64,000 bases of DNA, from NCBI RefSeq assembly GCF_009914755.1, contig NC_060945.1. The stretch is one strand, 5' to 3'. This DNA is from the human T2T-CHM13v2.0 reference genome, Homo sapiens. Shown one piece after another: positions 1-13,517 of this stretch. Positions within the stretch are counted from its first letter, which is position 1. The number at the start of each line of letters is the position of its first letter. Below the pieces are notes generated by a model. The model worked only from the letters and a program-made list of their open reading frames with translations, did no database searches and was not told the DNA's origin. The position numbers and the translations under genes were made by a program.

Positions 1-12
1 CTTATAAGAACC

Positions 13-406
13 TGTATTCGTCCATTTTCACACTGCTATAAAGAAATACCGGAGACTGGGTAATTTATAAAGGAAAGACGTTTAATTGACTCACAGTTCC
101 ACATGGCTTGGGAGGCCTTAGAAACTTACAATCATTGCAGAAGGTGAAGGAGAAGTAAGTACCTTGTTCACCGGTGGCAGAAAAGAGAAAGAGAATGAAG
201 GGGGAAGAACCTATTATAAAACCATCAGATCTCGTGAGAATTAACTCACTATCACGAGAACAGGATTGGGGGAAACAGCTCCCGTGATTCAGTTATCTCC
301 ACACAGGAAATAAGACACACGCATATGTCCCTCCCGTGACACGTAGGGATTATGGGAACTACAATGCAAGATGAGATTTGCGTGGGGACACAGCCAAACC
401 ATATTA
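13..406 (-). mobile_element. THE1D/MST-type MaLR solo LTR
   Basis: Starts tgtattcgtccattttcacactgctataaag and ends gggacacagccaaaccatatta, the reverse complement of THE1-family LTR termini. Confidence 0.85.
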
Positions 407-800
407 ACACCTAACAGTTTATACAAATTGAAAGCTCACACAGACTTTACTTTCAAGTAGAGATGATCCTAATGAAAATATAAGGGTCAAGTTTTCTTTG
501 TATTATCCTTTCTATCTGTTGCCACAGCCCCTGATCCTGACAGTACCTTCTTAGTTCAGCCCTTCCTGGTGCTTAAGCATGACACTTAGGTGTAATGATG
601 TTTTTCAGGATGAAAAGTGTTATTAGTTCTATCCTCTCTTTGGCTTGCAAACTGGTAAACCTGATAAAGAAATGTGCTCCAGAAACATTTTAACTGTGGC
701 TTTTTTATTTATTAGTTTTTTTGAGGATAATGTCCTTACCTTGTTTGCTAATTTTCTGGTGGTTTTCACACACTAAGCCATGACAGGCTTAAATTACTTC

Positions 801-1400
801 AGCCACCATGGAAAGCAGTCTGGATATTCCTCAAAAAACTTGAAACTACCATTTGACCCAGCAATCCCATTATTGAATATATACTCAAAGGAGTACAAAT
901 CATTCTACCAGAAAGACATATGCATATGTACGTTCATTGCACCATTATTTACATTAGCAAAAACATGGAATCAATCTAGGTGCCCATCAATGGTAGACTG
1001 GATAAAGAAAATGTGGTGCATATACACCATGGAACACTATGCAGTCGTAAAAATAATGAGATCATATCCTTTGCAGCAACATGACTGGAGCTTGATGCCA
1101 TTATCCTTAGAAAACTGATGCAGGAACAGAAAATGAAATACTGAATATTTTTACTTGTAAGTGGGAGCTAAACATTGAGTCCATATGGACAAAAAGAAAG
1201 GAACAATAAACACAGGCCTACTTGAAAGGGGATGGTGGGAGGGGAGTGAGGATTGAAAAACTACCTATTAGGTATTATGCTGATTACCTGGGTGACAAAA
1301 TTGTCTGCACACCAAATCCCCGTGACATGCAATTCACCGCTGTAACAAACCTGCACACGTACCCCTTGAGCCTAAAATAAAAAATGAAAATAAAAACATA
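801..1400 (+). mobile_element. Old L1PA (about PA15/16) 3' fragment: ORF2 C-terminus and 3' UTR
   Basis: ORF 780-1118 contains the L1 ORF2 C-terminal motifs LPFDPAIPLL, TWNQSRCPS and WIKKMW; followed by L1 3' UTR and an A-rich tail. Confidence 0.88.
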
Positions 1401-1425
1401 AATTATAAAAGAAGAAAGTTATTTA

Positions 1426-1726
<301 letters not shown>

Positions 1727-1814
1727 AAAGTTATTTAAAGAACCAAAATGATGAAGATGCAGATCACATTTTTGTGTTTTACTATGAAGATGCAAATACA
1801 GCAAACACTATGAC

Positions 1815-2035
1815 CAATAACTGCCATTTATGAAGCACCTGCTGTCTGCCAGACATTTTAGGTGCAATATAATATTCAGCTGTAACAATAACCCTAAGAA
1901 ACAACTACTATTATCCTCATTATACATTTAACTCAACTGATGTTCAGAAATGTACATCATTTGTCCATAGCCAAGTAGTAATTAACAGAACTGCTGTTAG
2001 ACCCTGATTACTTGAGATGCTAGAATGAGGCCTCT
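1815..2035 (-). mobile_element. MIR remnant
   Basis: Degenerate MIR core (catttatgaagcacctgctgtctgccagac ... tattatcctcatt). Confidence 0.55.
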
Positions 2036-3003
2036 TCTTTCACTGCCCTGTGGCCTCCCAGCTAAGTGAGATGAACTCAGGCTGGGGCATGTTTTCAGAA
2101 TGTGGTTTCTCGGGAGGTTTTTGCTCCAAATATTCTTTCACCAATGATTATGATGCTTGAAATTTCTCCAAAGGACATTTATTTCTCTGAGTCAGAAGGG
2201 ATTTTAGTTCATGTAGACTCTTAAACTAAAATACAAATGCACTTGAGGTTAAAATGAAGTTTAATTAGGTAACAACTTAACAATTACTGATGAATGGCTG
2301 GCCAGAGCTTCTGTGACATAGGAGAAAAAAGTCCACTGAAGGGATAAATGAGAGCAATCATAAAATTTGCCACTTTTACTTCTTAGAAATCTTGCCATTT
2401 TGGTTGCTTCTGACCTTGCTATGCAGTTTTCAAAACATCGGACTCGAAGAACAAAACATTTTGCTGAAGTGGAGTGATTTGTAACATTTGCATTTTAGAA
2501 GAGCAGTTGGGTATTCCCTTTGATGGAGTCTCTTAGAAGTGGTGGAAAGTAGGCCTTAGGAAATGGTCAATGGTTATCAGATGGCACTGGCTTATAAAAC
2601 CACAGGGCTCTGGGAATCTGCTCTATCTCTAACTCCAACTTATGGACAAGCACGTTAGTGGTCTGGGAGTTCTAGCAAAGGCCATGATTATTTTAAAAGG
2701 AATAGACTTGTTACAGTTTTTGGGGTCATGGATACATATGATTCTATGTGTCTGTGTGTATACTCTGTGTGTTTGAAATTTGAACTGAATGGTTTTCTTT
2801 ACAACATTTCTGAATACACCGACAAAATAGAAAAGGAATGAAAATATTAATTACTTTTTTGAATAATTGCATCTAAAGTGATAATCTTACCTCAAACATA
2901 GTTATTTCAAAGAGGCAGTTTCCTTAATATCAAATTCTTCTATATGTAGATATTCACTATACATGAGACTCAATAAATTGTTTTTCAAGTGAATTATTAG
3001 CCT

Positions 3004-3360
3004 TGCATTAGTTTGTTCTCATGCTGCTAATAAAGACATACTTGAGACTGGGTAATTTATAAAGAAAAAGAGGCTTAATGGACTCCCTGTTCCACATGGC
3101 TGGGGAGACCTCACAATCATTGTGGAAGGTGAAGGGGACGCAAGACATGTCTTACATGGCAGCAAGCAAGAGAGCTTGTGCAGGGGAACTCCCATTTATA
3201 AAACCATCAGATCAAGGTGAGACTTATTCACTACCAGGAGAACAGTATGGGGGAAACCACCCCCCTGATTCAATTATCTCTACCTGGCCCTGCCCTTGAC
3301 ATGTGAGGATTATTACAATTCAAGGTGTGGTTTGGGTGGGGACACAGCCAAACCTTATCA
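3004..3360 (-). mobile_element. THE1 (C-like) solo LTR, complete
   Basis: tgcattag...ccaaaccttatca with 5-bp TSD agcct at 2999-3003 and 3361-3365. Confidence 0.92.
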
Positions 3361-3550
3361 AGCCTCCATGATAGATGGTGACATATGCTTTCACCAGTAG
3401 CAAAACACATTAGAAAAGAATCAGATTATAGAACTAAACTTCTTTAATAACAGCGACTTTTTAGTTTGAATTGAGAGAATTCTCAACTGATGGACTTTAA
3501 TTAAAATATTCAGAAATATGACTTTTGGAAATATCTCGATTAGGGTAAAA
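3033..3550 (+). repeat. Left arm of ~520-bp inverted duplication
   Basis: Reverse complement of 8183-8702; about 8 substitutions and one 2-bp indel by manual alignment. ORFs 3078-3299(+) and 8436-8657(-) are near identical. Confidence 0.95.
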
Positions 3551-3557
3551 TCATAAC

Positions 3558-4960
3558 TTTTAAAAAATATTTTGGAATACTTCCAAACTTACAGAAAAGT
3601 TACAAAAATAGGACAATATTTTTACCCTTAACCGTTTTTCAGGAAATAATTGTTTGATGCCCTTCACCTCTGAATACTCTAGTGTATAATTTCAACAAAG
3701 AAATTACCCAACATAACCATGATATAACCGTCCAAATCAGAAAATTAACACTGATAACATGACTGCCACCTTCTCCTCAGATCTCATTGAGGGTTTTCCA
3801 GTTGTCTTCAGAAAATGTCCTTGATAGCAAAAGAAACCATTCCAGGATTATGTATTATATTAATTTCATGTCTCTTTAATCTTCTTCAATCTGAGAGTTT
3901 CTCAGTCTTTCCTTCACTTTCATGACCTTGATGCATTGAAGATTATGGAACATATATTTTGTTCTGTCACTGCCTCTCCACCCGCCAAGTTTGGGTTTGC
4001 CTAACGTTTTCTTCCTGATTAGATTCGGATTTTGTGTATTAGCAGAAATATCATAGAAAGGGTACTTTGTTTTTGTTAGTGCATTCTATCAGAAGTTATG
4101 TGGTTTCAATTTGTCTCATTACTGGTGATGTTAACTTTGATCACTTGATTAACATGATTTCTGTCAAGTTTCTTCACTATAAAATTACACTTTTTTTGTA
4201 ATTAATACTTTTTCTGTAGGGAGGTACTTTAAAACTAGGTAACTATTCTATTCTTCATCAGTTTCTGCTGTGACTATTTCTCCCACTACATTAAAAATTT
4301 ATTATGACTGGCTTATTGGAAAGCTATTGATTTTATGTGTTTACCTTGTACTTAAGTGTGTTTCTAAACATTTATAAGTTCCAATAGATTTTTAAAAAAC
4401 AATTCCCATGAATTTTCTGTAGTAAATTATTTGCCAGTATAGTATGTAAGTCTTTTTATTTCCTTCCCTTATTTTATTGTCATGCCCAAGAATTCTAGTA
4501 AAATGTTAAATTTCTGGCTTAAATGAAAGTGCTTCTGAATTTTCTCCATTAATTACTGTTTTTAAGATGAACTTTTTACAGATGTATAATCAAATAGGTC
4601 TAGATTTCTAAGAAGACCGTTTTGTTTTATAAATCAAGAATGGCTATGTAAATTAGTAAATAATTTTTGGCAACTGTTGAATTGATAATATCTTTTTCCT
4701 TCAAATTTTAATATAGTAACTTAAATTGACATATTTTCTAAAATAAAAAGGACCTTATTCTTGGAACAAACTCTAGATAGTTATAATATATTTTTAATGT
4801 ACAGCTGGATTAAATCTGCTAATATTGTCATAGGATTTTCAAAACTTTATTCACAGGTGGTAGAGTCCTGTACTTGATTGTGTGTGTATGAGTGTGTCTA
4901 TGTGAGTGAGTATGCACTTTATTCTTATTTGCTTGTATGATCTTTCTTTGTTATAATTCT
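3558..4960 (-). mobile_element. Ancient L1MC/L1ME 3' remnant
   Basis: ccaaacttacagaaaagttacaaaaatag and ttactggtgatgttaactttgatcacttg are typical of antisense L1MC 3' ends. Confidence 0.65.
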
Positions 4961-6199
4961 TATTAATTATAAGAATTCTTATTAATTATAACTAATTTCA
5001 GGGCTACCCTTGCATTAACCTCTTTCAAGTCCTGTTATCTAATTTTGTATTCGTAAGTGTGTATTCTCTTCTCTAAAAAAGATATTCCATGATTATGTAA
5101 ACAATGGATTCCAAAAGCTTGGATCACTCTTTGAGTTGAGCATATTAATGTTTGTCAACACAAGGAAATTCTAACCATAGAAATAGCCATATTGGTTTCA
5201 ACTCTGGGGACATGGAAGATGCAATCATCATGCTTCAGTGGAGCTTCTCAGCTCTAACTTCCAGTACCTACCTACTCAATAGGCGGATATGGGACAGGAA
5301 TTAGCCATGAGATAGCAGTTTATATGGTAGAAGGTGGATTGCTATGAGATTCTTGCATCTTATTTTGATAGATCTTTCTTGTTAAATCGTTGTTGATTAT
5401 ATCACAATAAATTAAATTATAGAACTGATTGTACTGCATGAACTCAAAATTTTGTCGATCCTAGAAAATGGGTTATAGATTTGATGAGTTTCCTTCCTTT
5501 TGCTATAAGCTCCATGATGGGCTCTCCATGATGGCAAGGACTGTATCTTGTTCGCTGTCTCTATTAGAATGTGAAACACATACTAAATAATCAGTGATTA
5601 TTTGAATGATTCTTGAATAAGGTTTTCCCAGAACAAATAACATTGTTTGTTTGGAATACATTACAAACTCAATACACGGTAAAGTGTGGACAAGCGTCAG
5701 GAAGAGTTTATGTCTTGTAAAGCTGCTTAATGACTGCTAAAGATAAGTTTTGCTTGGAATTTCTGGATTAATATGTTTAGATAATAAAATATTTTTATTT
5801 ATTTTAAAAATTATTAGGTCTGTCTTACAATGATAAAGTCATCGCATCTTAGCAGCTTTGATTCAGAGATAGGAAGCAACCAGGCAAAAAAGTTTTGACA
5901 TAATATAAGAACAAGAAACTTAAAAAGGAAAAAGAAATATTAAAAAATATAAGAACTCTAATTCAATTTATATTTAAATTTTGTAATCTAAAATATAAAA
6001 ATTAAGAATATATAATCCATGGCTCAAATAATACCCATCTGGGCTTCAATATATTCCACGAATCAAATTTAGATATTGTTTGTCTTGAGCAGAGCGTTTT
6101 TTCACCAGAATACCTTTTTTAGTTGAAAAAGCAAAGGCAAATGAAAACTATAGAAGTTCTAATTGCTAATAAAGAAATGCCATCTGAAAATTACAGATA

Positions 6200-6535
6200 A
6201 TTTTATTTTAAAATTTTATTTCAATAGTTTTGGGGGTACAGGTGGTGTTTGGGTACATGGATACATTCTTTAATGGTGATTTCTAAGATTTTGGTGTACC
6301 CGTCACCGGAGCAGGGTCCACTGTACCCAATATGTAGGTTTTCATCCCTCACCCCCCTCCCACTCCTCCTCAGTGAGTCCCCAGAGTCCATTATATCATT
6401 CTTATGCCGTTGCATCCTCATAGCTTAGCTCCCCCTTATAAGTGAGAACATGCAATATTTGGTTTTCCATTCCTGAGTTACTTAAAATAATGGTGTCTAG
6501 CTCCACCCAAGTTGCCACAAAAGATATTATTTTTA
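6200..6535 (-). mobile_element. L1PB 3' end fragment
   Basis: tttatttcaatagttttgggggtacaggtggtgtttggg...ataagtgagaacatgcaatatttgg is antisense L1PB 3' UTR. Confidence 0.85.
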
Positions 6536-8182
6536 GATGTGTTGGAATGATTTGATTATTACTCTATAAAACAATGACCTGTCCCTTTGGTACAAGTCTT
6601 TAGCATACTTGCAGCCTTATAAAATATAATCAGATGATAGTAAGCCTTTTCTTTAATGAATTTGTCCTCACTCTACCCTTTTTCTCTTAGAGTATTTAAC
6701 ATAAAATAAAACTGATTATTTTTTCTCATACAATATTTAGCATAAAATAAAACATTATTAAACCATGTTTATGGCAGCCTTGTTTGATATCTCATTTTTT
6801 CTTAATTAAAAATTTTATGGCTCTCTGAATCACTTAGAATGAATTTTCTGAAGAGAAACATCAAGAACTTACATCTCATTTCTGTTGCTTTTTCAGGAAA
6901 TCTCATTTTTAGAATCTGTTTTATTACCACTGTTGTTTACCAGACCACAGAAATATCTCCTTTGACTGTCTAAAATCCATCTGCACAAATTATTTACCAA
7001 TCATCCTTTTAATGTGTCTGTGTGTTTCTTGAAGCTAGAGATAATGCTTTTTAGTCCTTTAAGCCATACCCTAATAGAGTAAGGCTTAAAGCAATGCATA
7101 AGAAATAGCAATACACAAGTAATATTAGTCTCTTTATTCACTCCCCACTATCATCTACTTCCTGAAAGCAGACTTTTGCTTCAATATATTCTAGCTGTCA
7201 AACATTATGGCACATTTTTCTGTTTCTGCCTCATTAGAATCACTAGGAGAGATTCTTTGCAGTAATTATCACACAAACTTCTCATCTTTATTAGGTGTTA
7301 TCTTCTGGCTCATTTGGCAGGAAGATTTGAGGAGCAAATACCCATAAACTTCACGATCACCTACAGGCTATAAGGAATGAGATTGCATATACAGGCTGGA
7401 TTTTAAGTTGATAATGTTTCATACTTTACTTGGAAACATAGTCCTGAAGCGTTGCATATTGGAAAGGATATTAATGTTATATTAATATTAGAGATGTCAT
7501 GAATTTAACTCGTATATCTGCTATTTACTGGTTTTCTTTGATTCTGGGATAGTTACCTTAATTTTCTCATTTGTAAAAGTCTACAACATAGGATAGCAAG
7601 GCATAATATTTTGGGGTGATGAAATGAGGTGCTCTATTTAAAAGAATATTTCTTACACAGACTTATAAAGAAAGATATATTGTATCATCAGTGATATTAA
7701 TTCATGGGACTCCAGTTTGGTGGCCCATGCCATATGATTGTAGACAGTATTACACAAAATGTTAACAACTAAACATCGCTTACCCTAGGAGAAAGATTTT
7801 TTAAGAACTCTATTACATTTTGTTCCATTTTAAGTTTTTTTTATGACTAAGAATGGTGTGTATCTTCTTTTATTATCTTTCAAATAAAAGATCCTAGAGA
7901 AGAATTTTAAAACGTACCATCAACCCAAGGGAAAAAGTACAGGTAGAAAACAGCCAAAACTGTCTAATGTGATCTATTTTGCAAACAGTATGGTAGTGGA
8001 TCCAAAATAGAATATTAAACCACACCACATAATCAGGATGGCAGTATGCTGCCTTATCTTATACTTTTAAAGAAAAAACAGTAAATGATGGTGGCTAAGC
8101 AGTAGAGTGGGGAAAATAGGATTCCAAAAAAACACGGTAGCATCTGGCATTGTGTTTAAACTAAAAAAATCAAAAACTAAGG

Positions 8183-8702
8183 TTTTACCCTAATCAAGAT
8201 ATTTCCAAAACAGTCATATTTCTGAATATTTTAATTAAAGTCCATCAGTTGAGAATTCTCTCAATTCAAACTAAAAAGTCACTGTTATTAAAGAAGTTTA
8301 GTTCTATAATCTGATTCTTTTCTAATGTGTTTTGCTACTGGTGAAAGCATATGTCACCATCTATCATGGAGGCTTGATAAGGTTTGGCTGTGTCCCCACC
8401 CAAACCACACCTTGAATTGTAATAATCCTCACATGTCAAGGGCAGGGCCAGGTAGAGATAATTGAATCATGGGGGTGGTTTCCCCCATACTGTTCTCCTG
8501 GTAGTGAATAAGTCTCACCTTGATCTGATGGTTTTATAAATGGGAGTTCCCCTGCACAAGCTCTCTTGCTTGCTGCCATGTAAGACATGTCTTGCTTCCC
8601 CTTCACCGTCCACAATGATTGTGAGGCCTCCCCAGCCATGTGGAACAGGGAGTCCATTAAGCCTCTTTTTCTTTATAAATTACCCAGTCTTATGTATGTC
8701 TT
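8183..8702 (-). repeat. Right arm of inverted duplication; contains 3'-truncated THE1 LTR copy (8375-8702, + orientation)
   Basis: Reverse complement of 3033-3550; this LTR copy lacks the last ~29 bp and the second TSD. Confidence 0.95.
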
Positions 8703-9289
8703 CATATGGGAGATTTTAAGGACAGCTTGTGGTAAATATTCTCTCAGGTAAGAACTTTGCAATACTTGTACATTGTGAGTAACGTGAGAAAATAAGAAAG
8801 GAGAACATTAAATATGAGGTATACTTACTGCTTGGATTATGTTTCCTGTTTGTGTTACTACATTTCAACCATAACATAATTCAACATTTAGATTTCACAT
8901 CTTATTTGTTTCTCTTGCTTTGTAAAAACAAAACATTTAAATTATTGTCATATATATGTCATACATATACATATTCAGACCATTTTGCAAATAAAATGGA
9001 AAATCAAGACAAATAATAAAACATTTATGTCAAAAAGTCTCAATCTCACAGTGACCTGAATTCCTAAAAGAATTAGCAAACCCAAAACCTGGTTCTGAAA
9101 TTTTGGTAAATTTCTCCAACCTCTCTTATGCCTTAGTGTTCCCATATTTAAATAGGAATATTAATATGAATATTATTATTCTGTAGGATTTTTGTGATTA
9201 TTTCAAAGGGTCCATTTATTAATTAAACTTGAGAAGCACTGGTCAAAGGTCCTCTGTTTCTATTAAATAGGGCCATTCAGTAATAATCT

Positions 9290-9747
9290 GTGTTCACTGT
9301 GGGGAGCAATTGCTGTTGATGTCCCCTGGTTCCCATCATACTTGTCTCCCCAGTCCCGCTCATGTCCCTGTATACCAAATGGCCAGAACCTGCATACCAA
9401 TGCCCAAGAGCTTTGCCCTGATGCTGGAGCCCCTTTAATGGCCACTGAAGACCAGGACTGTGGCTTTCAAAAAATGCTTTTGTTTGTAAATACCATAGCC
9501 CTCTTACCCTCATGTATGATAACTATAGAACTTGTGTTCTACATTGAATCCCAGAGTTTCTCTAATGGAGTTAGTCTGTAGTCTCTAGTGCCACTAGTAG
9601 TAGACACCTTTTATTAGCTGCCTTCTTTTTTTTAAATCTCACTCCCAACCTCCCTACCTGGCCTCTTTAACTTCCAAAATAAATGATTTGTATGGTATAC
9701 AAATTCTTGTCTCAGGGTCTGCTTTTGGGAAGCCCAAACCAAAACAC
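9290..9747 (+). mobile_element. LTR16/LTR33-like ERVL LTR remnant
   Basis: 3' end caaattcttgtctcagggtctgcttttgggaagcccaaaccaaaaca resembles the LTR16 terminus; aataaa lies upstream. Confidence 0.55.
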
Positions 9748-9989
9748 CCTATTCTCAGGGTACTTTAACTTTACCATTTCCCAAAATAGTATACAAGATT
9801 TATGTAATTTTGATGTCCCTTTTATCTATTTAATCTGCTATGGAGAGGTATCAAAAATGTTCTTGGTCACACAATGATAGATGTCTTTGTGTCAATCTGC
9901 ATAGCACTGAATTCTTGTGGGTGGGCACCACCAGTCACAAAATATGAAAACCATAGGAAGGAGATGCTCTTGCCAAATGAGATCCCTAA

Positions 9990-10520
9990 GGGAAAATATT
10001 TTAAAAATTTGAGCCAATGATCACATTGTAAATATATGAGGACTTGGTATACCAGAAAGCTGGCTCTATAAATCAATAGTTTAAAAAGCAGATTGTTTAA
10101 TACATGCTATTGAGGAAACTACTTCCTCTATGGAAGAAAATAAAACTTTAGATGGATTAAAGAACTAAATATGAAAAGTACAAAACTATAAAATTGTTAG
10201 ATAAAAGTATAAGAAATTATCTTTTTGACATAAAGTTAAAAACAAGTTGCCAGAATAGGAAAAATATTGAGATAGCTAAAATTGAGAAGAGGGGAACAAA
10301 ACCTAAATAAAGTGCATGAAAATCAATAATTAAACGTAGAAAATGGGTAGTATCTAGGAATAGGAAAGTTAAAGAAGAGGAAACTTTAAAATCTTAGAAT
10401 CATATAATAAAATACATTGAATATTTAATGCCAGGGAAATGCAAATTAAAATGACGTATACATTTGTATATCTAAGACTGAAAAAAATTTACAAATCCAG
10501 CTAATGTCAAATGTTGGTGT
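9990..10520 (+). mobile_element. L1ME-type ORF2 remnant
   Basis: A-rich degenerate L1 motifs (agatggattaaagaactaaatatgaaa; cagggaaatgcaaattaaaat). Confidence 0.6.
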
Positions 10521-12215
10521 GATCATAAAGTCTATCTGTTTGGATGGGCAAGCATTAGCTATGAAGACGAATAACACAAAAACCTTGGTGGCTAAATACA
10601 CTGAAGGTTTATTTATTGTTCATCCCACATGTAAATTACAGTGTTATAGTCCCCCACTCATGCACGCAGAAACCCAGGCTCATATATCACAACCAATTGA
10701 ACATTGTTGATCATCATGCAGGTGGGAAAAGGAAAGCTCTCTGAGCTGAAAATGGGGGGAGTTAGTTGTGGGGAACTGGGGCTTTGTATAAGCAAATAAA
10801 TGATGCGTGTAACTTCTGCCCACAATTCACTGGTCAGAAGTATCCATAGGTTTCCAACTACATGGAATGAAAGGAACCCTCAAGCATTTCTGGTAGAAGT
10901 GAAGGCTGCTTTGACCCATTTTTGCAGGGCAATATAGCAATACTTAGTCAAGTTAAGAATATTTGTACACTGTGTTCCATTTTCTTCTTAGTGACTTTAA
11001 AACATCTCTCTGTTAGACTGCTCTCAGCTAAAGGTGCTGCAAGACTCTCAGTTTTGTGTCCTAGAGTATCCTTCATTGCATTAGACTCTCTTAGCATTTG
11101 GAAAGATATCAATATATTGGAACTATCAATACCACTGAAGCAAGATACTTACGCCCTCCTCGGTCTTTCTTACAGATCAAAACTTGTTTCTGTCACAGTT
11201 AACTTTTTTAAAGATGCCAGATTTTTAACTTGTAAACAAAAATTCAAAGCTAAGCATATTTTTCATATAGATGTTTCCCAATAATACATGATGAGCAGTG
11301 ATGTCAAGCTACCTATTTTTAGTTTAATAATTGGATTTTCTTGCTCACCTGGAAGGACAGTCTTCACGGGGACAGAGAACTCGCTGTCACCCAGCCTGTC
11401 TGTGTCCTTGTTGCTATTTTTGAGACTTAATGGATTTCTCCCCTTTCTCTTCATCTGCATGATGCTCATCCACTCCGGTCCATTTGAATCTCAACCTAGT
11501 GTGCCTCTTGAAGAATGGTTTGCTTAAATTGCTATGGCAAAAAACAAAGCATAAGGGGGAAACTGTTTCTAGAATGAATCTTCTCCATTCATATTTCTGA
11601 GCAGTATTTGTTCAAAGCCTTAAGGATATAATCCAAGCCAAAAATAATGCATCTGAGGCCGCTGGCCCACAGATGCTCAGCAAGCCCTTGAAATGCACTT
11701 TTGTGGAGTCTTTTCCTCTTGTTAGAACTAATCCTTTTGGAATGTCAGATTGTCCCCAAGACTGATAATTAAACATGAAAAATTAGGCTTTGGGGAAGTC
11801 ATGAAAATTAGAGCCAACAAGCCTTGACTTCTTTCTTACTGTTCTGTACCTAGAAGAAGAATAGTTTATTCCCTTTAATATCTAAAATGTCCTGATTATG
11901 AACGTTTCTTTTCTGACTGTTTCCAATTTACCTGTCAGTTCACCAGAACTGGAGACACTTAAAGCTTGTTTTACAGTGTGTTGCTAGCACCCAGAAGAGT
12001 CCCTAACATATAATATAAGCTCAATAAATACATGTTTATTGAACGAGTAAATAAATTACAGGTCTGGTTTCATGGAAAAAAATGAAAATGCATTGGAGAT
12101 GTGTCTTCAAAACATAAATAAGTAACGTAAATGGAGAAACTTGCAATTTAAGAGACTAGAAGCAATATCAAATGATGAATCAAGTATTTGTTACCCACAA
12201 GAAACTATTGGTCAG

Positions 12216-12665
12216 TTTTATGGGTTGAATTTTGTCCCTCAATAAAATTCGTATGTTGAAGTTTTAACCTCCAGTGTCCCTGAATGTGACCTTATGTGGA
12301 AATAAGGTTATTGCAGATGTAATTAGTTAAGATGGGGTTATACCAGACTAAGGTGGTCCTCCAATCCAATTTGACTAATGTCCTTAAAAAAAAGGGAAAT
12401 TTGGATACAGACAGGCACAAAGTGAGAATGCCATTTGAAAACTGGAGATATGCTGCCATAGTCAAGGGAGGTCAGAGATTGCCAGCAAACCACAAGACCT
12501 TACAGAAAAGACCTCAGCCATTTTCCATGGTAAGCAGAAGAAACCAACTCTGCCAACATCCTGATTTTGGGCTTCTAGCCTCTAAAACTGTGGGGCAACA
12601 TATTTCTCTTCTTTAAGGTACCCAGTTTGTGGTTCTTTTTATGGCAGCCCTGGCAAACCAATACA
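12216..12665 (+). mobile_element. MLT1C-type MaLR LTR
   Basis: ttatgggttgaattttgtcc...gaatgtgaccttat...ggcagccctggcaaaccaataca; near-TSD gtcag/gttag. Confidence 0.85.
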
Positions 12666-12703
12666 GTTAGTAATGGTGATATTGTTTTAAAAAGTTAATA
12701 GAG

Positions 12704-12993
12704 GGTTGGGCACATGGTTCAGTCCTGTAATCCCAGCACTTTGGGAGACTGAGGTGGGCAGATTGCTTGAGTGCAGGAGTTCAAGACCAGCCTGGTCAAC
12801 ATGGTGAAACCCCATCTCTACAAAAAATATAAAAATTAGCCGGGCATGGTGACACATGCCTCTAGTCCCCGCTACTTGGGAGGCAGAGATGAGAGGATCG
12901 CTTGAGCCTGGGAGTGAGCTAAGATCACACCACCACACTCTAGCCTGGGTGACAGGGCGAGACTCTGTCTCAAAAAAAAAAAAAAAAAAAAAA
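12704..12993 (+). mobile_element. Alu (J/old S)
   Basis: Dimeric Alu with poly-A tail; source of ORFs 12687-13205 and 12856-13107. Confidence 0.92.
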
Positions 12994-13517
12994 GTAAATA
13001 AAAAAACTAAGGTTGATACAGGTGCTTGTGACAAAGCCAATAGCTCAGACAACATTTCCCCTGCAAACTCAGATTCCATTAATTCACGGAAAAGTTTCTC
13101 TTTTTGACATGTGCAATTAGAAAAATTAGAACAGTGGCTGGACTCTATGTTACTGAAATGCAAGGGTGTGTACAAATGAAGGTTATGGAAGAGGATGTGC
13201 TCCAATAATAAATGAGAAAGCTGGGCAAGTTCATGAAATATTTCAATTTGAGAAGGTACCAGTTTGCCAGAGACTAACAGGTCCTACTCAAAGTCTTCTA
13301 GTGTTTTATCTACTTCCCTAATTTTAAATTAAGAATCTCAGTACATCCAATGGGGACCCTGGGATATTCAGACGTAGTTTAAGAATTGAGAACCATCCAG
13401 CTGCTGAATCTTGAGTAAGAAGGCAAAGACTACAGTAAGCTGATAGGAACACATGTTCTCTTATCTTTATGCCTTTCTGCAGGGAGGCAATCATAAAACA
13501 GGATGAGGAAAACACTC

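Noticed and set aside
3078-8657. Two near-identical 73-aa ORFs on opposite strands, as a duplicated small gene or toxin-antitoxin-like pair
   Set aside because: Both are antisense readings of the THE1 LTR, and similar peptides arise from the THE1 at 13.5 kb. Their identity only reflects the DNA duplication.
12687-13205. 172-aa ORF and the other Alu-overlapping ORFs (15658, 20689, 30922, 33137, 61897)
   Set aside because: Typical Alu-derived translations ([21 protein letters not shown]); no support for genes.
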